A stretch of DNA of 64,000 bases from an uncultured Actinomycetes bacterium (GTDB lineage Bacteria > Actinomycetota > Thermoleophilia > UBA2241): positions 388,739 to 452,738 of the forward strand of contig CAWHYB010000007.1 of NCBI GenBank assembly GCA_963833555.1, given 5' to 3'. Below, piece after piece: positions 8,307-18,414 of this stretch. The first letter of the stretch is position 1, and each line of letters starts with the position of its first letter. A program made the translations under genes and the position numbers. The notes under the pieces were generated by a model that saw only the letters and a list, made by a program, of their open reading frames with translations, did no database searches and had not been told where the DNA came from.

Positions 8307-11300
8307 TCACCGAACGGTCAGCTTCGTGATGCCGATCTTCTGCTGGATGTTCCCGGCCACATCTGTCGCGTACAGTCGCAGGCTGTAGGTACCGCGCGCC
8401 AAAGGCGCCGGCATCTCGAACAGAAGGGACTTGTTGGTCGGGCGCCGACCCAGGTTCCAGGTGGCGACTGTACGGCCACTCGAGTTGCGCACGAGCAGCC
8501 TGACCGTCGCCAACCCGCAGCTCTTCGTGCCGTCGTTGATGCGGTAGCGATAGTCGAAGAACCCGCCCGCCCGCGCCGACAGCGAAGTCGACACCGCGAG
8601 TAGCGGCCTCAGGGTATCGACGCGCACCGTGATCGTCCCTGTCGCCTTGTTGAGCACGCCGTCGTAGCGCGTCTCCGTGATCACATGCACGCCGTCGTTG
8701 GTCTGGTCGAACACGCCCGGCACGTAGAGCGTCGAGTCGGTCTCCTTGACCGCCTTGTCGACCGAGAAACCCCAGCCGACGAAATGGATGTAGCTTTCGG
8801 GATCGACCGTCAACGGGACGAAGCCGCAGCCCTCCCCGTCGTCCGCGGTCGCCTTGACGGTGGTGACCGCCGCGTTTGTCCAACCCGCCTTAGCGTCATC
8901 GGCCAGGACCGGCGGGGCCGTGTCGACACCGTAGGGGACCGTGAGGTAGTCCTCGGCGTTGCCGACCTTGTCCTGGGCATAGGTGACGAGATCGTACTTG
9001 GCCACGGTGCTCTTCGGCGCCGCGACGCTGATCTGCGTCATGGCGACCGGCTGGCCCGCGACAATGCGGTAAGTCTTGTCGACCCCAGCTCCATCGTCGG
9101 TCGCGTGGAGGTTGATCGTCCGCGGGATGCTCGTCCAGTACCGGCCAGTGGCATCGCCCGGGATCTGGGCCCAGCCGTGGTTGAGATGGATGTCCGGCGA
9201 TTCCTTGGGGAACACGGGAGCGCTGGTCGGTGCCCAGGTGTCGTTCTGGAAGACGTAGACGCGCCCGTTGGCGGGCGCGGCCGGGTCGTGTGCACCGACC
9301 ACGAGGTCGACCACGCCATCGGCGTTCAGGTCGCCCGAGGTCAGACCCTCGACGGTCCCGCTGGGGATGGACAAGTCGAGTGCGTCCGCCAGCGCGCCCG
9401 TGCCGTCGCCGGCCATGATGCTGACGCCGGGGCCGGCGGTGTGCGGCGTGGTCGCAGCGACGTCGAGCTTGCCGTCGGTCGTGAAGTCCGCGACCACGAT
9501 GCGTCCGGCACCGGACGCACTGGTGGCCGTGATCGCCGTCCCGAACCCGCCATTGCCGTTGCCGGGCAGCACGGCCAGGTTGCCGGCGTCGGCGCCGGCG
9601 ACGAGGTCGAGCCGGCCGTCGCGGTTGAAGTCGCCGAGGCCGACGTCGCGCGGGGCGAAGGGCAGCGTGACGCTGCTCGCGGCGCCGAACGCGGCGGTGT
9701 CGTTGCCGAGCGCCACGGAGACGGTGGTGGCGCCGTGGTTCGCGACCGTGAGGTCGGGGCTGCCGTCGCCGTTCAGGTCGCCCAGCGCGAGCCCATCGGG
9801 CTGCGAGCCGACGGCGACGTCGACGTGGGCGGCGAAGCCGCCCGCGCCGTCGCCGAGCAGCACCGAGACGCTGTTGCCGGCGGCGTTCGAGGTGAGCAGG
9901 TCGAGGTTGCCGTCACGGTTCACGTCGCCCGTGATCACGCGGACCGGTCCGGCTCCGGTGGCGTAGGCGACTGCAGGGCCGAGCGCGCCGCCCGGCTGCC
10001 GCAGGGCTACCCGGACTACGTTGCCGGCCGTATCGACGACGGCTGTATCGAGCAGTCCGTCATGGTTGAAGTCCGCGACGCAGACGTCGTCGCCGGCCAG
10101 CTCGGCGGTCGCGGACGAGAACGGCGCGACCTTGCCGATCGCATCGATGCCCGCCGACTGGAGCAGCGACTGGGTCGAGACCAAGTCGGGCAAGCCGTCG
10201 GTCACGCCACCGGGACCGGACACGTCGGCGATCGCCATCGCCTTGAACTCGTTCGCGCCAAGGTCGGTCTGCACGGCCGGCTCGAACGCCGCGCCGTGAC
10301 GGATAGGCCACGTCTTGCGCAGCACTGACATCCGGTCGCTGCCGTAGTCGGCGACGAGCAGATCCGCCGCGCCGTCGCGGCTGACGTCGGCGGCGCAGAG
10401 AGCTCCGGGGCGGTCACCCGCGGCATACGTCGCCACGGTCTGGTCTGCAGCAGCGAGCTCCCAGAACGGCGTGCGATAGCGGCTGAGCGCGACCTTGATC
10501 ACGTCCGAGCCGGGCACGGAGGCGACGATGTCGGGGACGGTGTCGCCATTGACGTCGGCGAACACCATGTCACCGGGGTTGCCGAAGCCCGACCAGACCG
10601 GCGACTCCTTGTCCGTCCCGACGACAAAGCTGCGCGCGCCCACCGCGGACTGACGCAGCACCCAGATCTCGTTGATGGTCCAACTCGCACCCACGATCTC
10701 GGTGAGGCCGTTGTGGTCGTAGTCCCCCACGTACAGCGCCATCGGACCATCCGGCACGCTGCACGGGGACGACGCGGTGAAGCCGCCGTTCCCATCGCCG
10801 TACCAGATGCCCAAGTTGTCGGTGAAGTCGGGGAAGCGCCGGAAGTACGTGGCGAAGACGATGTCGAGCTTGCCGTCCCCGTCGGCGTCGACGATCGCGA
10901 TCTCCCGCGGCCCTTCGTTCAGGAACGGCGCCACACCGGAGATCGGATGGGTCGTCGCGGTGAAGACGCCGGGGGCCGCCTGGGTGAGGATCGAGATGCT
11001 GGCCCCGCCGTAGTTCGTGACGGCCAGCTCGAGCCGGCCGTCGGTGTTGAGATCGCCGGCGGCGAGCCGGATCGGCTCGTTGCCGACGGTGACGGTCTGC
11101 GGGGCCTCAAAGTCGCCGGCGCCATTGCCCAGAAGAATCGTCACCGAGTTGGACCCGTAGTTGGCCACCGCCACGTCCTGCTTGCCGTCGCCGTTCAGGT
11201 CGGCGGCGAGCACGTCGACGGGCTCGGCCCCGACCTTGAACGTCTTGGCGGCCTGGAACGTGCCGTCGCCCTTGCCGAGCAGCAGCGAAACGGTGCCGGC

Positions 11301-11519
11301 CGCTTTGTTGGCCACCACGGTGTCGAGCTTGCCGTCGCCGTTGAAATCAGCCGTCGCGACGGCGCGCGGGCGGTCGCCCACCGCGAACATCGCGGGGCCT
11401 GCGAACTTCGGCGTGACCGCCAGCGCAGCCGACGCGGTCGCGCCCAACACGACGAGCATCACGGCGAACGCCGCCGGCAGTGCCGCACGTAGGCGGGGAA
11501 TGCGGTTTGATGGATTCAT
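8307..11519 (-). CDS. secreted FG-GAP/VCBS repeat protein with C-terminal Ig-like region
   Basis: Uninterrupted 1070-aa ORF with a signal peptide. It has many repeats of the type DFNGDGKLD..VAN....VSVLLGNG.G.F. The C-terminal third is non-repeat and beta-rich. Confidence 0.8.
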   Translation of the reverse strand: MNPSNRIPRLRAALPAAFAVMLVVLGATASAALAVTPKFAGPAMFAVGDRPRAVATADFNGDGKLDTVVANKAAGTVSLLLGKGDGTFQAAKTFKVGAEPVDVLAADLNGDGKQDVAVANYGSNSVTILLGNGAGDFEAPQTVTVGNEPIRLAAGDLNTDGRLELAVTNYGGASISILTQAAPGVFTATTHPISGVAPFLNEGPREIAIVDADGDGKLDIVFATYFRRFPDFTDNLGIWYGDGNGGFTASSPCSVPDGPMALYVGDYDHNGLTEIVGASWTINEIWVLRQSAVGARSFVVGTDKESPVWSGFGNPGDMVFADVNGDTVPDIVASVPGSDVIKVALSRYRTPFWELAAADQTVATYAAGDRPGALCAADVSRDGAADLLVADYGSDRMSVLRKTWPIRHGAAFEPAVQTDLGANEFKAMAIADVSGPGGVTDGLPDLVSTQSLLQSAGIDAIGKVAPFSSATAELAGDDVCVADFNHDGLLDTAVVDTAGNVVRVALRQPGGALGPAVAYATGAGPVRVITGDVNRDGNLDLLTSNAAGNSVSVLLGDGAGGFAAHVDVAVGSQPDGLALGDLNGDGSPDLTVANHGATTVSVALGNDTAAFGAASSVTLPFAPRDVGLGDFNRDGRLDLVAGADAGNLAVLPGNGNGGFGTAITATSASGAGRIVVADFTTDGKLDVAATTPHTAGPGVSIMAGDGTGALADALDLSIPSGTVEGLTSGDLNADGVVDLVVGAHDPAAPANGRVYVFQNDTWAPTSAPVFPKESPDIHLNHGWAQIPGDATGRYWTSIPRTINLHATDDGAGVDKTYRIVAGQPVAMTQISVAAPKSTVAKYDLVTYAQDKVGNAEDYLTVPYGVDTAPPVLADDAKAGWTNAAVTTVKATADDGEGCGFVPLTVDPESYIHFVGWGFSVDKAVKETDSTLYVPGVFDQTNDGVHVITETRYDGVLNKATGTITVRVDTLRPLLAVSTSLSARAGGFFDYRYRINDGTKSCGLATVRLLVRNSSGRTVATWNLGRRPTNKSLLFEMPAPLARGTYSLRLYATDVAGNIQQKIGITKLTVR

Positions 11520-11672
11520 GCTCGACCCCTCCAGGATGGGTTGGCTCCCTGTTCATCCTCGCGGGGATCGGCGGTGGCCGGACTCGTCGATGAGGGCCCA
11601 ATAGGCGCGCGTATCCCCCGTTCAATCTCTATTCGACAAGTTGGGCTTGTATCCTGAGAGGGAAAGTCGCGG

Positions 11673-11694
11673 TGAGGCGTCGTCAGACGCCTCA
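11673..11694 (-). terminator. hairpin downstream of the VanW gene
   Basis: TGAGGCGTC-gtca-GACGCCTCA (9-bp stem), starting 6 nt after the stop at 11700. Confidence 0.45.
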
Positions 11695-11699
11695 GGAGT

Positions 11700-13683
11700 C
11701 TAGTTCGTCTTGCTGGGGCTCGGCTTGGGCTTGGGCGACGAGCTGCCCGAACCGGACGGCGACGGGCTGGGTGACGATGAGGGCGTGGACTTGCTGCCCC
11801 ACGAGCAGCACCTCGGGCACCATCGAGTAGACGCTCTTGAAGACGTCGTTCCAGAGCAGCTTGCCGCCGGCGTCGTAGACCTTGCGGAAGCAGTCGATGC
11901 TCTGCCGCTCGACGCCCGGCGTGTCGACCTTGGTCTTGCCCTTGCGCCAGCGTCGGATCCTTCTTCTTGTCGATGGCGAAGGGCACGAAGTCGTACCAGG
12001 CGCTGGTCGACGAGACGACCTTGCGGTGCAGCGGCGCGCTGTAGAGCGAGACGGTCAGCGAGTAGCCCGTGAACGATCGTCTTCACGAGGATCCAGTTCG
12101 GGGTGTCGTTGCGGAACTTGAGGTCGTAGGAGCCGTAGCTCACGGTGGCGTCGCGGCCCAGCGGGTAGTGCGAGATGTAGAGGCTGTGGTTGTGGCGCTC
12201 GACGATCTGCAGGCCGGCGTCGAAGGCGGCGTTGAAGACCGTCGTCGAGACCTGGCACATGCCGCCGCCGATCGAGTCCTCGAGCTTGCCGTTGATGATG
12301 GTCGGCGCCATCTTGAAGCCCTTGGCGGCGGTGCGCTCGCCGGTCGTGGCGTTGACCGAGAAGATCTTGCCCGGCGCGATCAGCGCTGTTGTTGAGCAGC
12401 GACGAGCCGAGGCCCACGTTGTTCAGGCGGTTGGCGGTGCCCGCCGACGCCACGTCGTGTAGGTGCCGATCCGGCGCGTGATGTTCATGGCCTTGGCGTC
12501 GGCGTAGCTGCAGCGTCGGGCGGGGCCTTGCCGATGACGAGCTGCAGCCGTGCGGTCTGCCGCCCGACGCGGCGCCGCCGCCTCGATGTTGCGCGATCGT
12601 CTTCTCGGGCACGACGCCGTAGCCCGGCTGTGCCGCGCTTGACCCTGACGTGCGTGCCGTCGATCGGCGAACGAGGCGTCCTTGCCGGGCTTGCCGATCT
12701 GCGCCGTGATGTAGTCGAAGTAGCCGCTGCGTGACCGGCGAGTCGAAGGTGACGCGCAGACGCGGCTCGGACGTCTCTGCGGCACGAAGGCCAGGTACTG
12801 ACCGAGCGTCGGCCCGGGAGATCGTCCAGGAGTGGTCCTGATCGGCGAGCGTGAGCGGCCCGGCCAGCCAGGCGCGGGCCGTGTCGGCGGCCTGTCTGGG
12901 CGTCGGCGGTCGAGACGTGCGGCGCGACCGTGACTACCGGCAGCGCGGCGCTCGCGCGGCCGCCCACGATCACGATGTGGCCGAGCAGGCGAAGGACGGC
13001 CGCGCGGTCGACCGCGCGGCCGTCCTTCGCCTGCCGCACCTGGGGCTGTCCGGCGGCGATGCGGACCGCGCCCTCGATCGGTTTGATGTCGACCGCACTG
13101 CGCGATCGCGTCGAGCTGCTCCTTGACGAGCGGCTCGTCGAAGACGATCGGCGGCTGCACGTCGCGGTGTGAGAGCCACAGCGAGAGGCGCGCCAGCCCT
13201 GCGCGACCACATTGCCGCGGCGCGTGGCCAGGTAGGCCGCCCGCGCCGCTGCGCGCGCGTCGAGTCGCGCGCGCAGCTCGCTCGAGGTGAGCGACCACGA
13301 ACGGCCCTTCCAGGTGAGCTGAGCGTGCCGCCCTTGGGTGATACGTGGCGCAGCTTCTGCACGGCCTGGTTGACCGTCAGACCGCCGACGTCGACTCCGT
13401 AGACCCTGACGTTGCGGTGGATCGCGCCGCGCCCAGTGGCCGCGTCGATACCCACCACGCCGAGCATGAGGGCGACCGCCACCAGCACCACGATCAGCAC
13501 GATGCGGCCCCTGCGGCCGCCCCCGCCCCCGAAGACCTTGCGGAACGGCCAAGCCACAACGGCCGCGACCAGCGCCACGAGCACGACGACGAGCGGCTCC
13601 TTCTTCTTCCGGCGCCGGGGCTGGCGGTTCGGCGAGTGGCTGGGCTGCCCGTCAGAGGGGGGCCTGTGGGGTTGGTAGCTCAT
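11700..13683 (-). CDS. VanW family protein with N-terminal TM anchor; multiple frame interruptions
   Basis: Fragments 11700..12311, 12055..12612, 12423..13298, 12485..13552 and 12970..13920. The N-terminus is MSYQPHRPP...KKKEPLVVVLVALVAAVVAW (TM). The VanW core is GGGMCQVSTTVFNAAFDAGL..ERHNHSLYISHYP. Confidence 0.7.
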
Positions 13684-13815
13684 GCGCCCACTATTGTAGC
13701 CGCAGGAACGCCGAGCGCGAGGGCATTGTCCTGCGGCGAGCGACGCTATTGTCACCCTCTCGCACCTCAAGGGACGGCGGACATCGATCTTCGGCTGGTA
13801 TAGTGGAGACACGCT

Positions 13816-16692
13816 CATGGGGGGTACCACGAGTCCATCTTCACGCCGCCGGAGGTCAGGTAGCCGGCACTCCTGCGTTCGTCGCCGCCAAGATCGCGAC
13901 GCCCGACGTGGGACGCGCATCCATCCGTCCTGAGGTGCTCGACCGCCTCGCGGCGGGCGCGCGCAAGCGTCTGGTCGTTGGCGCGCGCCGGCCGGCTACG
14001 GCAAGACGGCGGCGTCGCCGAGGCCGCTCGCGGTTCGGCTGGCAGCGCCGTCTGGTACAAGACTCGACGTTCTCGACCACGACCCCGCCGTCCTCGTCGC
14101 ATCGCTCGTGCAGGGCAGTGCGATGAGCGCGTCGCCGGACTTCGGCGACATCCTCATCGAGCGGTTCGCCGAAGTTCGCGCGACGGCCCGATGTCCCGGC
14201 CGAGATGGTCGCGCTCCTCGTTTCGAGCTGACGATGAGGTCGACGATGAGCTGCACATCGTCCTCGACGACTACCACCAGGCCGTCGTCGAGCCGAGCTC
14301 AACCAGAGTCTCGACTACCTGCTTGCCAACCTGCCCGGCCACGTCCACGTCGCGCTGCTCACGCGCTTCCGCCCGGCCGTGGCCACGGCCCGGCTCAAGC
14401 TCGACGACCAGGTGGCTGAGGTCGCCTTCGAAGACCTGCGATTCGACGCCGGGCAAGTCGCCGAGATGTCGGCACCAGGACGGGTCCGTGTTCAGCCGAC
14501 TGATGAGGCCGAGCGACTCTTCGATCTCACGGAAGGCTGGCCGGCCAGCCTCGTCCTCGTCTGCCGCGCCCTCGAGTGGACCGACCTCGGCTCGATCGAG
14601 CACGCGCCTCGGCGATCCGCGGCTCACGAGCGACGTCTTCTCGTATCTCTCCGAAGAGGCGTTCCGTCGCGAAGACGCCGATACGACCGCGTTCCTCGCT
14701 CGCACGTGCTGCCTCGATTCGATGACCGCCGAGCTCGCGGTGAGGTCGCCGGCGCAGACGACGCGCAGCGTCTGCTCGAACGTCTCGTCGCCCACAACGT
14801 GTTCACGTTCGTCGACAACGCAAGCGGCACGTACCGCTATCACCACCTCTTCCGGGACTACCTTCGGCAGAAGTACGTGCAAGAGCAGGGACCGCAGGCG
14901 TTCCGCGCCCTGCAGCTGCAAGACCGCAGCGGCAGTCGAACACGCCGGCGACCCCGAAAGCGCGATCGAGCTGTACTTCGCCGCCAACGAGCCCGACGAG
15001 GCGCTCGCCGTCGTGTCGCGAAGCGGCGAGCTCGTCACCGACAACTGCCGGTTCGACGCACTCAAATCGTGGCTCGAACGACTCCCGCCTGGCATGGACA
15101 GACAAGACCCGTGGGGATTCTTCCTGATGGGCCAGCTGGCGCTCCGCGAGGGGCGCGGCGACGACGCTCTGACCGAGCTCCGCCGCGCCCAGGTGATGTT
15201 CGACGAGCGCGACGACAGATGGGGCCGCTACCACACTCTCAGCTCAATCGAGGCGATCCACTTCTGGAAAGGTGACTTTCGTGGAGCAGCGCGCTTCTGC
15301 CGCAGGGCACTCAAGGCGACTGTGACGAGTCAGCAGAAGGTGCACACTCTCATCAGTCTTGGCTCTGCCAATGTTTACATGGCAAGATGGAATGCGGCTG
15401 AGCGACTCTGGGACGAAGCCGAGGGAATCGCTGACGCCAGCTGTGCGGGCGAGCTTGCCAGAGTGGCTGCTCTCCGCGCTCATGCGGCAGCGCTGCGTGG
15501 GAATGCGGTTGGAGCATACGAAGAACTTGCCCCCGTGCTCGAACGCGCTACCAAGTCACGCTATCGCATTCTCGAGGCGGAGGTGTTGAGTACACTTCTT
15601 GACATTGCCATCTGTCTCGGATTCTACCCGCAGGCCGAGCAGTTCGCCGCAGCCCATCGCCAGCACTGCGCGCGCTATGGGCTCGACCACCTGACGCACA
15701 TGCCGGATGACAGCATGGCTCAGATCCACGAAGCGATGGGAGATGTCGAGCTCAGCACCGCTTGTCTGTCCGAAATATGCCAAAGAAGCATGGTCCAAGA
15801 GGATCAGTGGTCACTCGTCTGGTCGCTCGTGCACCTCTGCGAAGTCCATCGACGCGCGGGCAATGCCGAGGAGTCCCTGCGATACAGCGGGCAAGCAGGA
15901 GATGTGGCTCGTGGCGCCTCTCCACTCCTGGTGGTCCTCGCAAACGCTAACCACTGCTATTGTCTCGAGGCAACGGGAGCCGTGGGCGGCGGCTCGCTGG
16001 ACGCTGTTCGAAGACAAGCAGAGGAAATCGAGTTTCGAATAGTTGCCCTTCAGTGCCAGTTCTGGAGCGCAGTAGTTGAGTGGCGAAGAGGAGACGTAGA
16101 CCAGGGTCTAGCGATACTCCGGCGGTGCGTTCCACAACAGCTTCGACTTGGGCACATCCACTTCCTCACCCAAGAACTTGCGTCTGATCCGGAGATTGGG
16201 TTCGCGTTGCTCGACGACCGTGCGTTCGCAGGTCAGCGTCCTGCACTCATTCGGGCACTCTCGAGTGGCCCGAGGTCCGCGCAGCTCCTTGAAGACGCAA
16301 TTGAGCGCGGAGAGGACCTGGCCTGCGACACTCTCGCTCACGGTCTCGAGAACCTTCCCAAACACCAAGTCGCTCGCATCGTTGCCAAGGCGAAGCGACA
16401 CAAGTCGGCCGCCGTGCGTCGCGCCGCCTGGGCGCTGCGGCCGCAAGATCGGGGCGGCGGAGTCGGCGCCACGAATGTCCTGAGCCGCCGCGAGATGCAG
16501 GTCATCCAGCTCATGGCCAACGGAGAAAGGAATGCAGAGATCGCGGAGAAGCTCTATCTCTCCGAGACGACCGTCAAGACGCACGTGAACCACATCTTCA
16601 CGAAGCTGGCGGTCGTCGACCGGGTCCAGGCCGTGCTTTGGTATCGCGAAAGTTTCGGCCCGGACAATGGCCAAAATACACCCTTGGGTTGA
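13816..16692 (+). CDS. MalT/LAL-type LuxR family transcriptional regulator; N-terminal half frame-interrupted
   Basis: C-terminal LuxR HTH (LSRREMQVIQLMANGERNAEIAEKLYLSETTVKTHVNHIF). The P-loop APAGYGKT and the LDDYH motif are recovered after frame changes near 13980-14300. TPR-like helical middle region. The start is uncertain. Confidence 0.7.
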
Positions 16693-16749
16693 TTCCAGAA
16701 TCGTCGTCCATGACTAGCCTCATCGTGGCAAACGACCAAGTGAGGGGTC

Positions 16750-17769
16750 ATGGAATCGACAACGTCCATCGTCTTTGTCGAATCGGAGCGTATGAGCCAA
16801 CGTAAGCGGACGGTCATCGAGATGCTGCGCGAGAATCCCGGATTCGTTTCGGGACAAGCCATCAGCAATTCGCTCGGGATCTCGCGAAACGCGGTCCACA
16901 AGCACGTCAACTCGTTGCGGGCCAGCGGCTACCGCATCCTCGGGATCTCCCGGCGGGGCTATAGGCTTGAAGAGGAACCCCGACGCCTCGTCATGCCGAT
17001 CGTCGCCAAGCTGGCCCAGGGCTATGTCTTCGGCAAGGCCTTTCGCTACTACGAAGAAACAGAATCGACCAACCTCGAGGCCAAGCGCCTGGCAGCCGAG
17101 GGCGCGCCCGAGGGCACTGTCGTGGTGGCCGAGACGCAGACCGCCGGGAGGGGCCGCATGGGGCGTCGCTGGAGCTCGCCGCCCGGCAAAGGGCTCCTCT
17201 TCTCCGTCGTCCTGAGGCCCAACCTGCCGATGCCCGAGGCGCACCTGCTCACCCTCACTGTCGGCAATGCCATGGCCGAGGCGATCGAGGCGCAGGTGAA
17301 GGTGCCCGTGCACCTCAAGTGGCCCAACGACTTGATCGTCTCGAACAAGAAGGCCGGCGGGATCCTGCTCGAGGTGTCGGGTGAGCAAGACAAGGTCGAC
17401 TGGGTCATCGCAGGCATCGGAGTCAACGTGAACGTCGATTTCTCCGATCTGCCGGTTTCGCTGCGGCGAACCGCGATCTCTCTGAAAATGGCGACCGAGA
17501 AGACTGTGGACCGGACGGTGCTCCTCGCGCGCATGCTGCAAACCCTGGAGAAGGCGTACCTCGACTGCCTGACCAACGGGTTCGACCGGTCGCTCCGTGA
17601 GTTCCGCGAGCGTGACTACCTGCTCCATCGCAGCGTGAGCGTCCAGACTCGCGAGGGACCCGTGGTCGGCGAAGCCGCCGGCATCGATGATCGAGGCGCC
17701 CTACTGCTCGAGCTGCCTGATCGCCACATCAGGCGATTCCATTCCGGTGATGTGACACTCCACCAGTAA
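16750..17769 (+). CDS. birA: bifunctional biotin-[acetyl-CoA-carboxylase] ligase / biotin operon repressor
   Basis: N-terminal wHTH (GQAISNSLGISRNAVHKHVNSLRASGY) and the ligase motif GRGRMGRRWSSPPGKGL. An alternative ATG is at 16792. Confidence 0.85.
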   Translation: MESTTSIVFVESERMSQRKRTVIEMLRENPGFVSGQAISNSLGISRNAVHKHVNSLRASGYRILGISRRGYRLEEEPRRLVMPIVAKLAQGYVFGKAFRYYEETESTNLEAKRLAAEGAPEGTVVVAETQTAGRGRMGRRWSSPPGKGLLFSVVLRPNLPMPEAHLLTLTVGNAMAEAIEAQVKVPVHLKWPNDLIVSNKKAGGILLEVSGEQDKVDWVIAGIGVNVNVDFSDLPVSLRRTAISLKMATEKTVDRTVLLARMLQTLEKAYLDCLTNGFDRSLREFRERDYLLHRSVSVQTREGPVVGEAAGIDDRGALLLELPDRHIRRFHSGDVTLHQ

Positions 17770-17781
17770 AGGCCGCAAGGA

Positions 17782-17819
17782 GGCCGGGGCGGGGGCTTTG
17801 ACAGACCCCCACCCCGGCC
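17782..17819 (+). terminator. GC-rich hairpin after birA
   Basis: GGCCGGGGCGGGGG-ctttgacaga-CCCCCACCCCGGCC (14-bp stem, one mismatch), starting 13 nt after the birA stop. Confidence 0.5.
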
Positions 17820-17827
17820 TCTACATT
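17798..17827 (+). promoter_or_regulatory. sigma70-like promoter candidate for bioY (TTGACA-N18-TACATT)
   Basis: TTGACA at 17798-17803 sits in the loop of the birA terminator hairpin. TACATT is at 17822-17827, about 30 nt upstream of the bioY ATG. Confidence 0.35.
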
Positions 17828-17856
17828 GTCAGCTCCCGCAGGCCGAACTGGAGTTG

Positions 17857-18414
17857 ATGATTCCCCTCCCCACTCGCGACCTTGTCATCGCGGCGCTGTT
17901 CGCCGCGCTGATCTCCATGGGAGCCCTCGTCTCGATCCCCATGGTCGGGCCGGTGCCTCTGACGTTTCAGGTCTTCTTCGTGCTTCTCAGCGGCCTGGTG
18001 CTCGGGGCGCGGCTTGGGGCCCTCAGCGTCGGCGTCTACCTGGTCGTCGGCCTCGTGGCGCCGGTCTATGCGCAGGGTTCGTCGGGTCTCGGCGCCCTCG
18101 CCGGGCCGGCTGGCGGCTACTTGATCGGCTTCGTGCTCGCGTCGTACCTCGTCGGCGCGCTGGCCCAGCGGTTCCGCCCAGGCGCCCTGGTCGGCTTGGC
18201 GGCGACCGCTTTGACGGGCCTGCTGCCGATCTATGTGCTCGGTGCGAGCTGGCTTGCCTGGAGCCTCGGGACCTTCAACCTCCACACGGTCCTTTGGGCA
18301 GGCATCGCCCAGTTCGTGCCTGGTGATGTCGCCAAGGTATTGCTGGCCGCGGTCGCGGCCCGGGCTCTGCTCAGCCTGCCGCTGGGTCTTCCTGTGATCG
18401 CGCGGTCGCACTGA
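17857..18414 (+). CDS. bioY: biotin transporter BioY
   Basis: Polytopic ORF. PVPLTFQVFFVLLSGLVLG and GPAGGYLIGF are characteristic BioY motifs, and it is adjacent to birA. Confidence 0.85.
   Translation: MIPLPTRDLVIAALFAALISMGALVSIPMVGPVPLTFQVFFVLLSGLVLGARLGALSVGVYLVVGLVAPVYAQGSSGLGALAGPAGGYLIGFVLASYLVGALAQRFRPGALVGLAATALTGLLPIYVLGASWLAWSLGTFNLHTVLWAGIAQFVPGDVAKVLLAAVAARALLSLPLGLPVIARSH

Noticed and set aside
8685-10328. 547-aa ORF on the plus strand
   Set aside because: It is antisense to the well-supported FG-GAP repeat gene. The Arg/Gly/Asp/Val-rich composition is typical of spurious antisense ORFs in high-GC DNA, and I saw no family resemblance.
17800-17832. TGACA-N21-TGTCA symmetry as the BirA operator
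   Set aside because: It does not resemble the longer TGT.AAC...GTT.ACA-type BirA operator I recall. The arms are only 5 bp.
18371-18414. 44-nt convergent overlap of the bioY and HD-GYP gene 3' ends as a regulatory feature
   Set aside because: Convergent 3' overlaps of this size are common in compact GC-rich genomes. No structure or motif was seen in the overlap.
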